Notes: a model not told the origin generated them from the letters alone. 62,602 bases of DNA, filler included, from Choristocarpus tenellus KU-1152 (GCA_964200185.2; 9 parts of 9 records of this genome joined end to end with filler, not necessarily neighbours in it), one strand, 5' to 3'; shown: positions 11,721 to 25,237, numbered from the whole stretch's first letter. Numbers and translations: made by a program.

Positions 11721-12768
11721 TGGAACGAAATTATCTCATAGGCCTAGGGTTAGGGCTTGTTTTTGGAAAAGAAAAAAACGGCAGAGAGTGGCTGCAGACG
11801 TAACAGTGTGCACGATGGGTATCTGTTAGGGTAAGGGTTAGGGTTAGGGTTAGCAGCAGAGATCACTTTGGACTCAATGGTTAGGGTTAGGGTTATGAAC
11901 TTTCAAAGTCACTACGACTCTTGAGCACAGGGTTAGGGTTAACTACAGACTTCCTTTTTTACATGGTCGATCCAAGCACACGCCACCAGCTTACAAAGTG
12001 AGGACTGTGCCACACATTACTAATCATCCTCAAGCACTTGTTGTGCCAAATAAGGCGAAATCTCTTCAGGCTGTGTTAGGGTTAGGGTTAGGGTTTCAGG
12101 CTGTGTCATTGACTTCAATTGATTACTTCACAAAAAAACAAATCGTAAGTGGATAACCCTAACCCTAACCCTGTTTACCTCAATTGCTCGCCATACTGGC
12201 AACCCTAACCCTAAGTGGTCAAGCCAGAAGCAGAAAAGACAGGGTTAGGTGTTCGTAGATAGTGCTGCTGATACACGTAGACACCACCGGTGGATTAGAT
12301 AATAGGATGGAGAGCCAGTGACAGATATATTATATGCACTTAATCATAGTGTTCATTGGTTTTTATATCATGTTCAAGATACACTTTCTATACTTAAGAC
12401 AAGTAAATAAGTTATTATATTATATAGTAAATTAGTGTGGACGATCACAAACCCCACACTGCAGAATAATAATATGGTAGTTTAGGCTAGTCTCACCCAC
12501 ATATGCTCAGTCAGCGGAATCGAGACCACTAGCCCCCTGTAATATAAAACTTTGTTCATCTACATCAAGCTGTTCTTTGCCCTTCATTAAAGCACCATGA
12601 AAGCTGCGAGTCCAGTGTGGGATAGTTCAACATTAGGGTTAGCGTTAGGATAAGGGTAAGATTAACCATTTGCTCTGTTCCTACTACTAACCCTAACCCT
12701 AACCCAAAAATGGTAGCGAAGAAGTAATCTCACCTTGCCAGTGCGATCATGGTCAATGCGTTCAAAAG
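10963..12768 (-). CDS. EF-hand pair (CDPK/calmodulin-like C-terminus), partial; exons 12734-12768 and 10963-11073
   Basis: Phase-0 GT-AG splice gives FERIDHDRTGK|LTAENFGATMGTDMSQAEVDAALTELGDGKGEISYDE, two EF-loop-like motifs with the second degenerate. The terminal exon was not identified. Confidence 0.75.
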
Positions 12769-12868
12769 NNNNNNNNNNNNNNNNNNNNNNNNNNNNNNNN
12801 NNNNNNNNNNNNTTAATTAATTAANNNNNNNNNNNNNNNNNNNNNNNNNNNNNNNNNNNNNNNNNNNN
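12769..12868. other. Artificial contig linker (N44-TTAATTAATTAA-N44); identical copies at 22926-23025, 26458-26557, 30317-30416, 44924-45023, 50028-50127, 54322-54421, 57859-57958
   Basis: Eight identical 100-nt spacers whose core places stop codons in all six frames, a standard concatenation device. Genes are cut off at them and do not continue across. Confidence 0.98.
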
Positions 12869-12870
12869 CC

Positions 12871-13752
12871 AGGGTTTGCAATCTTGTTGGAAACCTCTGC
12901 CGCCACTCTGATTACTTCTATGGTGCCCTGCAGCCCCCAGGCCTCACCGGAGCTGTCCCTGCTGCCTCCCCATGCCCTGACCAAGCGGCAATGTCCTCTA
13001 GGCTAAGAAGAGGAGGGGGCAGTCCTTTTGAGGTTGGCCAAACTGTTGGCTGCTACAGGGATCCCAACAACATTGCCAGTGACAGCATAATAAGGGATGG
13101 CGACACTGGCAGTCAGCACCGGGGGAGGGGGGTTTGGACTACTGGGAGAGGTGTGGCCATTGCATCTCTGCTCATTGAGCGCTGCTCAGACCCTGACCCA
13201 ACAACTCGCAAGTTTGCATCCATTGCAGTGGGCAATGCTGCCTTCCACAGCGGAGCCCTCTACCCACTCCTTCGCTCCTCTGTCGTGCCCCTCATGGTGG
13301 TGATGCGCGAGCAGGATGAAAAGACAAGAGGTAATGCAACAGGTTCCCTTGGGAACCTTGTCCGCAACGGTGGCCTCCTGTCTGATGAGCTAGCGCGGCG
13401 AGGGGCTGTGGCTGCTCTCCTTGATGTTGCTGGCAAAGATGTGGCCCCATCACCCCGGAGGATTGCTTTATTCTCGCTTGGAACTTGTTGTGTTTATGTA
13501 GCCTGTAGGGAGGCATTTTACAGGGCTTGTTATACATGGAGTGAAGGTAAAGGTGGGGGTTGGGGTGGGCGATGTGATGGGGTTGAGGTTGGAGGTGGTC
13601 TGGGGGGGTTATGTACATGGGGTGCACAAGGAATTGCTGTGGAGTGGCGTTTACGGGATTTGGAACGTGTAGTAGATGCAGAGGGAGACGAACTGGCTCG
13701 GAAGTACTTGGTGCGACTGAGAACTAAGCTTTCGGGTCCAGCCCAGGAGTGA
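12871..13752 (+). CDS. STK36: Fused/STK36 (TIO-like) Ser/Thr kinase, C-terminal ARM/HEAT exon; 5' part beyond the contig end
   Basis: Frame is open from the contig edge: RVCNLVGNLCRHSDYFY ... LIERCSDPDPTTRKFASIAVGNAAFH ... EKTRGNATGSLGNLVRN, matching the conserved Fused C-terminal motifs. Ends in TGA. Confidence 0.9.
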   Translation, partial: RVCNLVGNLCRHSDYFYGALQPPGLTGAVPAASPCPDQAAMSSRLRRGGGSPFEVGQTVGCYRDPNNIASDSIIRDGDTGSQHRGRGVWTTGRGVAIASLLIERCSDPDPTTRKFASIAVGNAAFHSGALYPLLRSSVVPLMVVMREQDEKTRGNATGSLGNLVRNGGLLSDELARRGAVAALLDVAGKDVAPSPRRIALFSLGTCCVYVACREAFYRACYTWSEGKGGGWGGRCDGVEVGGGLGGLCTWGAQGIAVEWRLRDLERVVDAEGDELARKYLVRLRTKLSGPAQE

Positions 13753-16356
13753 TGCACCCTGCCATACTTTGAAGAAATTGTGGCTTCTGCAAGTTTGTTG
13801 TGGTTGGAGAAGAGTCATCCTGTCTAAGGGGGAGGTCTATTTGGGTCATTTTGAATGCCAAGGAAACCCTGTGCCTGACACCCCATTCCTATACTTGAAT
13901 CCCCCCAACTCCCGTAAGGAGGCTGTGGCCGTTGAAGAGGGACATACTTGTCCACATATGCGCGAAATTACCCTTCAGAGTTCTAGAAAAACGTACCAGA
14001 GGGCATTCATAGGGTCCCCAAATACTCGGTGACACTACCCTCTAAGATAGGTGAGCTCAAAATAGGGGTAAGGTATCGCATGATGTGCTTGTGCAGGTGT
14101 GAAGTTTATGTTTGTAATGTCTGGATGGGGTGTGTGTTTGACGGATGTAGTGAGTTGCGTCAATGTATGCAATGGGGAAGAACCGACCTGTTCATGCAGA
14201 CGCAGTGATATTTGGTGAATAATAGTGCATATATGTTATTTGAGAATTGTGGATGTTTGTCATGTGACTATGCCTGCATTTAGTGATATGTGTGTTGATC
14301 TAGGCAGCGTTTTGATGGTGTTGTTGAGTTTACATGTATGTGTTTTACGTTTACGTTATTACTGTCTATGCAAGTGTATGTGTGTACTAAACACAGTCCA
14401 TGTGATATCGCAAGGTACCTACACGGTACTCCGTAGTTGATATAGTAGAAATGGTGATGGTTTGTTGGGGTTTCGATTTTCCCCTACAGTTAGTTCCACG
14501 TTGCAAGCACTCTCTATGAAGTTATTGAGTGCATTGTTTTTTATCTTCAAGCAAGCGCACAACAAGCGCAATGCTCTCTATCTAGAGCTACATATTTATG
14601 TGGGAGGCTGTTTTGTACACGAGAGTAACTCAGAGTAGTTTGTACCTATTCTTGGTGTGTTTTCTAGATATCCCACATCTTAAAAATATATATCCGAGCA
14701 TTCAGATCTTCAGCTTGTGAGAGAAATGGTAAGGTCTCGAAACTCTCTTTTAGACCTCCACTCAGGGGGCCTAGTATTCGACTCCCACAAATATTGTGCT
14801 CTCTGACAACACAAAACTTTCCTTTTGAATGTATGGATGGGAATTAATTTTCTTGCACAAAATAACCTGAAGATAACATTTTCACTATCTCAATTGTCAC
14901 AGGATGTTGTCATCTACTACTGCTTGTATTGGTCTTGCAAGTTCTCGATAGTAGTGTGATAGATGGTATTTTGAATTGTGACACACGTTGTGCCTTCTGC
15001 GTCAGCCGAGGTAAATCTCTCCAGTGCGTGTGATCCGCTTGCTTTAGCTGCCCTTTAAAGCCATGAAACGTTTTTTAGGAGAAGAAATGCTAATCTTTAC
15101 CTAGGTTTCACCTTTCAGGTAGACAGACAAAACAGCATGGACCTCATCTGTCAGGTGATCTGATGAAAATATGTTCAGATTCTTTGTACTAAAAATGCTC
15201 ATCAGCTCTACCAGTTGCTGAAACCTTTGAACAGTTCAGCAACACTTTGACCTTCCATCTTGTATTGTAGTGGTGTCATACGTACCCTTGGGAGAGGGAA
15301 GCTGTTGATGCCGCCAAATGTGATGTATGACCTCGGAAGTTTGGTTACTATCAGGAGTGAGCTCAAACGTTGCATCTGAAGGGTAGACGATATGCTCACT
15401 CTTGGGACCAGATGGAATAGTATTTTAAGTACTAATATGATGGCTACCACTATATACCGAGTTAAGGGCGCCAAATTCTTAAAGCAAGACTGTATCTGAG
15501 GACCTGGGAACCTGTATCAAGGGTCGTTGCTAAGACCAATTATGACATCAATTGGAGTGCAGCGGCAGTGGTGGAATTTTGAAGTGGACAAAATTTTGCA
15601 GTTCAATTAAGAACAGTAGTGGCCAGCCCACTGCATAGAGGGCAACTGATCCACACACATCTACCCTTGCTTGCTAATATGCTCTGAAGACATTGATGCC
15701 TGGGAATCAGCTTTCATTTAGTTATCTTGATAATATCTTACAAGTTCATATGCACAAATAGAAATTTCCTCCCATTAATGATTCATATGCTCATCCTGTG
15801 TACATTTCCTCAAAACAAGGAAGCACATAGAAGGAGGGCCGATTGAGTACTACCGAGAGGCACATGAACGTAATATAATATATATATATATATCCCCCAC
15901 TGTGAAGGAAATGCTGCCACCCACCTAGACTAAAGACACTACAAAGAAGGCCCCTTTTTTTATCCTAATCCATGCACATACCGTACACACAGTACTAAAC
16001 ACGTGGCGAAGCTCTACATATACACATGCAGCAGTCATCAGGTAGCCCCTTTCCCAGTGCTTTTTTGTTAGGGGGGGGGCAGAGGATGTCACATGTCAAA
16101 AAAAGCATTCTATTGGCTCAGTGCAACATGCAAGACAATCAACATGAACACAAAACAGAGATATTTATGTAGTATATTTCCGATGCCTCCCAATACTTCA
16201 ATCTCAAGTTATTCTCCAAGTACAAACGCCCCAGGCTCTAACCATCAGTGGAGACCAAAGGTCCTCAAGTGAAAGAGAAAACAGATTTTGTAGCCCTAGC
16301 AAGTGATAGAGGGCAATAATCCAGCATATGGAAAAAAAGTTATTCGCAGCATTTTC

Positions 16357-19300
16357 TCAGAAAATGTGAAAGAGCATGCCTCTCAGATCTTCATCACTCG
16401 TGATTGAAATGTCTGGAGGCACCGGTGTGCTTGCCTCCTCATGGAAGGCTCCACATGGAAATAGCTCTCGGGGCATGTGGAGGATGCCATTGCTTTTGAT
16501 CTTTGCATCAAGTTCTTTGTGTCCGAGCAAAAAACGGTGAGGAAGGGAGAAATGATGTTGTCGCGGAGAGTAAGATAAGCAGGGCAAGCATTCACTGGAG
16601 GTAAAAGTCACTTGTGTTTGAGAAATTATTGTGTCACAATAAAGGCAAGGTCCAAAGCATTGCATCTAAGGTGATGTGTGCGCTATCGGCATGTCTTGAG
16701 GCAGAGCTCGAAAAGTAGGTTTTGCTATGCTAAAAATGCAGCAGCTACAATGTTCCCCATTGAGACCCCAATTGTATATATATGTGTGTGTGTGTGTATA
16801 TATATGTATTGGGGGTGAACAAATCCCAAAACTGTAGAGGGTTGCTTTAAGGTCAAGGCCGTGCTGGAGTGTTAGTCTATATGTGAAACACCCCCACATT
16901 CAATATTTACTCTTGTCATCCTCAGCTTTGACATTTTGGCATCATGAGAGTGATTTGATTACGACTGTATTTTCTTTCTGTTTTGTTTGTACGGAATGCC
17001 AGCTCCTTGTCATGAAGCTGTAGGTACTCATCCATGGGAGGAAGGGGTATGCTCAGTCTGCACAGATCTTGCTATATTTTGTGTGGAAACTTCTGGTGCC
17101 ATGTATACAGCAGTATCCTTCACGACCGCCTTTGTTCTGCTTTTAAAATGTGGTAAGAAAAAGAGGACTTGATCACAGCAGCAAGGATGGGTACCTTCAA
17201 AAAATGCCTGTAGACACCATTGAAACAGACTAAAGCACCCACTCACAAACAGTGTTCCTCTGACAGTTACGTATATAATTACCTATATATCCCTGCAGCT
17301 GTACTACAATAATCCAGTGTCTACAATGATGGGCTAGATGTAGGACTTGGGACTTTCCTTGTCCTTTCTCACCGTCAGTTGAACACTGGAGCACATCCAG
17401 CCCATACACGAGCCAGCTTGGTGGAGGCCTGTGTCCAAACACCCACTCCTTGCACCGAACCAGGGCATCGTAAGCACCCACGTCTTCTATCTCTAATGGT
17501 CGACAGTTTTGAACTATCCTTACAATAGCATCAGGTTCAGGGATAAGCACAACTACCGCCATGGCTGCTGCAGTGAGCACCTTGTTTTTGGAAGGGGCAT
17601 GTGGCTTTGATCCTCTTATACAGTTTGGGAGGGGGTTTAACAGATGAGAAGACACAAGGGATACATTTCTAGAAAATGTTATCAAGATAGCGACTAGTCA
17701 ACACTTCTCACCAACTCAGTCAGGAAAGTACAAAGACATGACTCTCGCACATGCAAAACTCCAAATCATCAAAGGTTTTTGTTCTCACTTTGCCGATCAG
17801 GTGTTGTTCATTGTGGCCTTCCCCTGCTCCCTCTTACTGAGGTTTGTGCCGAAACCCAATCAGATGGAAGCAGTGCAGGATGTCACCATTAAGTATCCAC
17901 TCCATTTTTGTTCAAGTACACCAAGTATGTTTGTATGCTATGCATCACCAAGTGTTCAATCTCCTCTCACCTTGTTGTGCTCCGTGGCATTCATGAGACA
18001 TACAAGTTTCTGTAGTCCACCAAGATCAGCCATATCAAGAACATTTGTTGCGTGCTGCATGAGGATTGCAACAGCGGACAGAGCCCTCTCTGCTGCTGCG
18101 CCTTGCATCTCTTCCTCATCTGTTTCATTGTTTGTAAGTCTCTCGTCCTCCCCGCCTGTGGCCACCCATTAGAGGAAAAAATGATTGATTGATTGATTGT
18201 TGACAGGGTTACACCAAACAGGGAAGGACGGTGAGAACAAGGAGGGGGAGGGGGAAGGCAGTGAGCTTCCCTGAACTCCCTACATGGTATAGGGATATAT
18301 GAGGTGTGGGTGGGGCAGGATTTGATATGGGGTGACCTTACCTTGAAGAACAAAGTAAGTAGTCTGCCAGGAATTCCTACGTTTTGGCCAGGTGTTTATC
18401 TCTGTACCTCCTTACTTTTTTATACTTACCTAGTTTCTTTTTCTTACCTTACTTTTTCAACTTTTTCCAATACTTTTCTGCGGTAGAGAGTAGATAGAGT
18501 GTTGGCCGACAAACCACCATCCGAAATCGTTCTTATATGTATTTATTTATAGTATCACCTCTTTGTGGTTGGGGATGGGGAAGAAGAACTGTTCCAAATA
18601 TATCTCGTACTTTTCTCACGACCAGCTCAATTTAGTGCTACATGGTCAGAGGACTCACCATTAAACGTTTTATGATACTTGCTGTTGCCTCTTGGCGGGT
18701 GTCACTAGATCTGTGGAGATGTTGACTTGGCGGGGTGACATACATACATATATACCCCACCTACTAAGTATTCCATTGTTAGTTCACCTGCGCAATAGGC
18801 ACACCTGGACTCACCCCTGTCTTCGCGGGACACGCCCCAACTCATTCCCAGGTCCAAGAGTACTGCTACTGCTCCTTCTGCACCACACCTTGTCTTGTTT
18901 GCTTCACACTTGATGGACAAGGAGCACAGCATCTGAGCAGCGCAACGCACCACCCTGCAGCGACGTCATTCAGGCAATAAGGGTGCACATTCATTTGAGA
19001 TGATGAGAGGGAAAGGGGTCCTGGGGAGAGAGGAAGAGCAACCCACAATAGCATGAAATGGAGAGCTCTAGTATAGGATTCAAAGTGGCACTTGATTATA
19101 ATAACTTGGTGAAGACGAAGACAGATCGATGAGTAAGGCATTTAAGAAGGTAGGACTGCATTTGTTCGGGATCACGAATCCAATGCTGCGATTTTGATAG
19201 ATTTTTGCTATCGTGTTTGTTAGCAAGTGTCAGTATCCTTGCCCTCACACCTTTCATAGTTGCATACATTTTTAGGTAACCGTGTTCGCACAGAAAACCG

Positions 19301-22300
19301 AAAAAGGGCATTAAAAAACCGTGGGAAGCCAAGCCCTGAACAGACAAATAGGGCAAACCTCCTACCCTCTTAAATGCTTTGGGTCTCATCAATTCGTGTG
19401 CGTTCACCTCAACCCGTCTTCCTCAACCCCACTTGCAATCCACCTTTGGAATCTAAAACTTATCCTCCAAGTGGTTAAAACGCTCAACTAATGGATTACC
19501 TAATTTCATCTCACCAGCACCTAAAACTCCTCAACAGAGCTAGCAGATTTAGGCAAAGCTATCTTCTCCCCCTTCTCAACAACACAATGCCCCATACCTC
19601 TCACTACCCTCAGTTACTCGCCTGGCACTCTGGCAGTACCTGCACACAGTAATACCAAGTTCAATTGCTGTACTGCTCCCAACATGAGCCTGGTTCATCC
19701 GACTATTTGCCAGGTTGGCAAGGGCAATGAATCCCTGCATGCAGTATTGAAATTAGTCCATGGAGTTTCATTTTATGCTCAATATCTGATCTGCAAGGAA
19801 ATTACTGCTCTTATGGTGGGGATGAAGAATGGGGTATTAGATGTCCCTCAATGTATTCGTGTGCCAAGTGTGTACATACTCCCTGCAAAAGAGCAGCCTG
19901 GATATATTTATATATATAGATAGATGGCACGATATATTTTGAGGAAGACAATACACTTGAAATGTCTTCCCAAATGGTGTCCAGGGGGATGAGCTCCACT
20001 CCAAGAAGGAGAAAAATGGACAATTTGAGGGTAGTAGAAAATCGAGTTGATGGGGAAACTGAGTTGAACTCAATGAAAATATTTGTGTGTGTGTGTGTGT
20101 ACATGTACCCAGGAATCTACAGGATGGTGTCTAGGTTGGCTGTCGGGTCAAGGGAAGGCTAGTGAAATAGTAATGAGAAGAAATGTTTCAACTCGGATAA
20201 AGTCGAATTAGGCGAATTAGGCAAAGTGTATTAATTTCCATTTAAATTGATTACCAGAAACCTAAAGAGATTCCTAAACAATTACCTGGCTTCCGCAAGT
20301 CATTGGTGGTGCAGTTAAGTTCGTCGTTTTGGAGTGCTTTAAACTTGTGTGCTTTTCCATGTGGCAACCACTGGGTACCTTTCCACTAACCACTACCCTC
20401 AAAGACATTCCCTCCACAGCCTCTGGAAACACATTTTTTTTGGCTCAGATGATAACTAGAAGGCTTATCTCACCGCCTCCATGACGTCGCTGTGTTTGGT
20501 CTTATCTGTGTCCTCTATCAAGGAACAAATCATCTTGTCTCCTTCAGCTTCCAGCAGTTTTGAAGCAGTGAATTGGTTCCCATATGTGGTATTGGCCACA
20601 ACCCGACAGGCCTGGACAAAGTTTTGGATAATACGTATGGCGTTGACGATTTTGAAAATTCAGTGCGCCGCAATAGATGTTCAAATGAGGGCAAATTGGA
20701 GGAAGGGAAAAGGGCAAAATATATGTCATCCTTGATCTTGAATTTCGATGGCCATTTCCTCCTGAAACTGGTGCGGAAGATACGAATGCAAGATGACGAG
20801 TCTTTTTTCCCCTGCATTTATAAGTTTGTGACCAATGGTCTGGGTGTGGTCAAGACATAAGCTCATGAGCGCCTCTGCCATCAAAATACCAGAGAATCGT
20901 TCTGGAAATAGAGGTGTACACACAGAGAGTAGGACATACAGGAGTGCACTTGTGAAGTACCTGAATGAGAGCATTGTTGTTGTCAACTTCCTCCAAGACA
21001 CGCAAGGTGGGTGGAATGATGCCACACTCCTCAGCGAGGTTCCGGTTGACGTCACTTTTGTGCATCACATTCACAAGCCCTGTCAAGGCCTGCCCTAACA
21101 CCTGTATATAACAGTAGGTGTTCGAGGGTTGGTTCAAGAAATATATGGTCAAACAGGATTTATTATTATTACACTATGCACAAAACTATGGAAATTACAC
21201 TGTCAATAGATACTCTCGCCATGTATGATTGTTCCGAAGGGCAGAAATTAAAGGGGGTATGTTGTGCTGGACACTTGGTGCTCTACATAGCTTTTCGTGC
21301 ATATGTGTGCGTGCATGTGTGCGTGCGTGTTTTCATGCATATGTGTGTGTATACTCATGTTTAGATAATGTGAAAAGGGACTACCGAAAAAGAGGCAGTA
21401 GGGCCGCAGGTGCACCAACTGAGTTGTAGAAATATGGGACTACTCCAAGGAAGAGGTATACGCAACTGACTAGGTATGGAGGGAGCACATCTTCACAGGC
21501 AATATCTTGGGGAGTCGTGCTGAGGTCTTTCTGACTAGCCACCTGAAAAAAGTGGTCTCTCTACAAGCTCCTAAGGTCACTAGCAAAAGGTGCAATGGAT
21601 TGCAGTTTAGTACCAAATGAAGCTTGCAAAAGAGAGAGAGAGAGACCCAAAGTATCTGAGGGGGCGGGAGGGGGGAACTACACCAAGGTGTCTATTTTTT
21701 GGGCCAAAACCAGGAAAAGTGCACTTTCATAATCCATTCGACGTATGGAACCAAATCACCCAAAAAATGTGACATGGAAAAATTGGCCCCAAAAGGACAG
21801 CTGTCACCTCCCCCCAGATACTTTGAGCCAGGGTGAACAGAGTGCCTTCAAGGGGGATGAAAATATTGGAGAGAGGGTGAAGGAGGGGGATTGTGAGGGC
21901 AAACCTCCACGGTGACTCGATCCTCAACTCCAAATCCGTCAATGAGCCGAACAAGTGCAACCACGCCTCCTTTCGAAGCAATTATGGGCTTGTTCGGTGG
22001 GTGTTGGCTGAGTAGGGCCAGGGATGTGCATGCCTGCACAGGCACATACATCAGCCAGTTTTCAGATCCCGTTGGGGGAAGGGGGGAGACCGAGGAGGAA
22101 TGTAGAGGGAGTTTCTGGTGTTTTATTCCAAGATATTAATATTCATGCACTTATTTTGAGAGGGAGAGAAATGGCATGGCAAAAAAAGCACAACAGACAC
22201 TCGAGATGCAAGGGTAAAAAAGTGTGTTCATCAAGTTTACCATACACATCGGCACGATATACTGTGATGACAACAGGTTGGAGTGTCTTAGTGCTGCAAC

Positions 22301-22701
22301 ATCTCAATCGTTTTCTCATCTTCCACATAGGTCTTCATTGTGCTCACCCTGTTACAGCTTGGAGGTGGTAAATTTCTTCTACCAGTAAACAATTGATATT
22401 ATTGTGAATCAGGGAAGGTAAATCGAAGTATTCTAGACGCCTTCCTCGCTCTCAAGATGCATGCACAAGATGGAATGGTCTACTATTATTCCCGACGAAA
22501 AAGGCCAAGACAGACAGTTCAGAGATATCTGTGACCCCTGTTGCTTTGCGACTTGACTGATACCTGCATCACCACTGCAGGCGATTGATTACGAAAACAC
22601 AGCATCAGCAGAGGGGGAACCCCACCAGCCAAACCAAGTGCATGTTGACACTCCTTATGTTGTGCCATCTGTGACAGTGCGATCACAGCGGGCCCAGTCA
22701 C
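16357..22701 (-). CDS. Armadillo-repeat protein, 5'-partial; exons 22564-22701, 21905-22033, 20961-21089, 20474-20611, 19622-19734, 18815-18954, 17971-18155, 17373-17580, 16357-16514
   Basis: Phase-compatible splice chain giving ARM repeats (GGVPPLLML, NKPIIASKGGVVALVRL, NRNLAEECGIIPPTL, NKTRCGAEGAVAVLLDL, LGGLQKLVCLM). Ends MLFHIF-TGA. Confidence 0.88.
19131..19387 (-). mobile_element. MITE family A, diverged copy in an ARM-gene intron
   Basis: Similar to the reverse complement of 53052-53312; degenerate TIRs. Confidence 0.75.
21644..21829 (+). mobile_element. MITE family B (about 175-185 bp)
   Basis: TIRs gacccaaagtatctgagggg / ccccagatactttgagcc; flanks aga/agg. Confidence 0.9.
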
Positions 22702-25062
22702 CTATCCAATGAAGGAGAGCAATGAACACTTATAATGAAGGGATAAGAGAGAAAATAGTGACTAGGTAAGGGTAAAATATGTTTGTTGCTTGCATATGAC
22801 ACGAAAACCATAAAAGCAGCTCTTTGTGCTTGGCGGATTGATGGTCATCTTGCTCTGCAACAGATAGCTCATGGAAATATGTCATACAAGCTGAGAGTCA
22901 AAGTATCTTAGAGGGTAGGGCCGCGNNNNNNNNNNNNNNNNNNNNNNNNNNNNNNNNNNNNNNNNNNNNTTAATTAATTAANNNNNNNNNNNNNNNNNNN
23001 NNNNNNNNNNNNNNNNNNNNNNNNNCCCGACGAACGAAACCAACCCCCTAAAAAAATGCGACATGGAAAAAGGGGCCTTGAATGGAAAGCCCCCCCCCCC
23101 CCCCCAGATACTTTGAGCCATATTTTTGAATTAAAACTTGTTCACACGTGCTCTTCCACTTTGCAAGGATCTGAGGCGGATCTTGAAACCAGTGTGGACC
23201 TTGACCTTATTGGACATAGCACATCGTGAGCAATGGTCGAGCATGGAGAGACTATCGCAGGGAGGGGGTCGGTAACTGTGAGGATGATGAGTGGGATGCC
23301 TCAGAAATAGAACTTCTTCCAGCTCCACCCACGCTCAATATACTGAATAAAGAGATGCGTAGTTGGATGGGCATTTAATCCTTATTCCTTCATCAAGGAG
23401 GAGGCGAAGTTATAGGGTTCTATTTATTGGTCTGCAACTTGCAGGACGTTTGGAATGTTTATGCTTAGTATCTTCAAGTGCAATATTTATGATCACATTG
23501 TAAGTTTACATACAACAGAGTGTGTGCTGTGATAGTAATCATTTTGTTCTTGTCCTCTCAAACAAAACTGTGTTGTTAAGATCTCTGCCCCAGCTATACC
23601 TTACAGCTTACAGTGCTATGCTACCAACAGAAAGCAAATAGCAATCCACTCACAGTGAAGCATTTGCCTTCAACATGGTCGGGTAACCACCTCAGTGTCC
23701 AGTCCAACACCCATGCATAGACAGGGAGCGTTGTACCACCAATAGTTTGCACAGATTGAAAACCTAAACAAGTTGTAGGGCTTCTCATCATGCAAGTTTG
23801 GTGCAGCATAGGATTGGTTACCTGGTCTGCTGGATGGTGCAGAACACCAAAATGGTGCAACCATTGTACCTCTAAGCTATCTACATCATCACCAATACAA
23901 TGTTTATGCCATGTTATCGACAAACACACATGAAACACACAACAGTATACTCCAAGTATATCACACAAGAATATACCTAGAAAGACACAAAAAGGTATCT
24001 AAATGCCATTCAATCCAAAATACTAACTGCGTACCAATCCGGTTTGAAGAGTGCCCTCTTGAAAGGTTTGGGAAATATGATAACTATTGACCCACAGTGC
24101 GCAGAACAAACACTTTCATGAACGTGTGGAACGGAAGTCGTTTTTCTGGATGTCGCTTGAGTATCAGAAGGAGGTATTCCTGTGTTGTCGGTGGAATTCT
24201 GCCCATGTTCATTAGTGTACATAGTTATGATGTAGAGGTGAGAGCACACCTCAATCTCCTGACTCAAAAATGCAAGTAGCAGGGAGTCCAAAACTTAAAT
24301 TCGACTTTTCATTGACACAACGTATGCAACTTACATCATGAACACACAAGGCAACACATTTGTACTCGAAAAAGTGTTTTTTCATGGAAATGTTACGATA
24401 TTAATATCCAACACAATGGAAAATGAGAATATCGTGCTAAGAAGTAGTATTATCGTGCAACCCTGATTAGTGGGAGAGATGCGTATGTTGAGGAAAAGGC
24501 AAACTAGCAAATTTTAGTTCACCAGTCCTTCCTAGAAACACACACACACACATGAACAGGAATATTGAATGCTAGGTAGAAGCAGAGTGCTCACCATGGA
24601 TGGGATGAAACTACAAGGTAATTTTATGAAACCCGAGCTAACCTGTGGATGGACAAATCTAGTTCAAAGTAGGAAATAATGAACAACGAAGTCTGAGTAC
24701 TATAATATTTCTACTCTTTAGGGGCTGCACTTCCGGCAAATAGTGCAAGGTATGAACGTTTCCAACGCTGTCTAAGCCCTGTTCCTGTAGAAGGCACCAT
24801 TTTGTAGGCAGGGAATCCAGGGCAAATTACTCGATTTCGTATCCAGTCACCAGAAGTCAACTGCTGCTGTAGATGGCAACAGCACTTTTCGATATTGTTG
24901 AGTGTGGCACCTTCAGAGTTATTCAAATACTCCAAGTATTATGTTCTTGTATCAAGGTTTTCATTGAGTCTACCAGCATGTTGAGTATATATTACATCTT
25001 TACAAAACCAATACACTCCCAGGAGGATACAGCAGTACATCTTCCAAATTCTTGTTCTCACT

Positions 25063-25237
25063 GGCTCAAAGTCTCTGGGGGAGGGGGGTCTTCACCAGGG
25101 TGTCCATTTGGGTCCTGATCAGGAGAAGTGCACTTACATTATCCATCCAATGCATGCAACCAAATCACTCAAAAATCGCGAAATTCAAAAATGGACCCCA
25201 AATGGACAGCCACCACCACCCCCAGATACTTTGAGCC
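25063..25237 (+). mobile_element. MITE family B with a perfect 3-bp TSD (ACT)
   Basis: act|ggctcaaagtctctgggg ... ccccagatactttgagcc|act. Confidence 0.92.

Larger units (their letters stand above)
243..12705. repeat. Dispersed short interstitial telomeric arrays (TTAGGG/CCCTAA, 2-4.5 units each), about 30 in contig 1
   Basis: Examples: 243-264, 529-550, 936-949, 1944-1957, 2030-2048, 2096-2114, 2199-2212, 2429-2449, 2619-2632, 3199-3227, 3285-3310, 8389-8401, 8528-8547, 9928-9942, 10793-10807, 10870-10896, 11162-11175, 11374-11406, 11826-11853, 11879-11895, 12076-12095, 12155-12171, 12201-12214, 12688-12705. Both orientations occur. Confidence 0.95.

Noticed and set aside
17028-18790. Extra ARM-gene exons at about 17028-17140 and 18659-18790
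   Set aside because: They are phase-incompatible or introduce stops, and the flanking exons join directly in frame.
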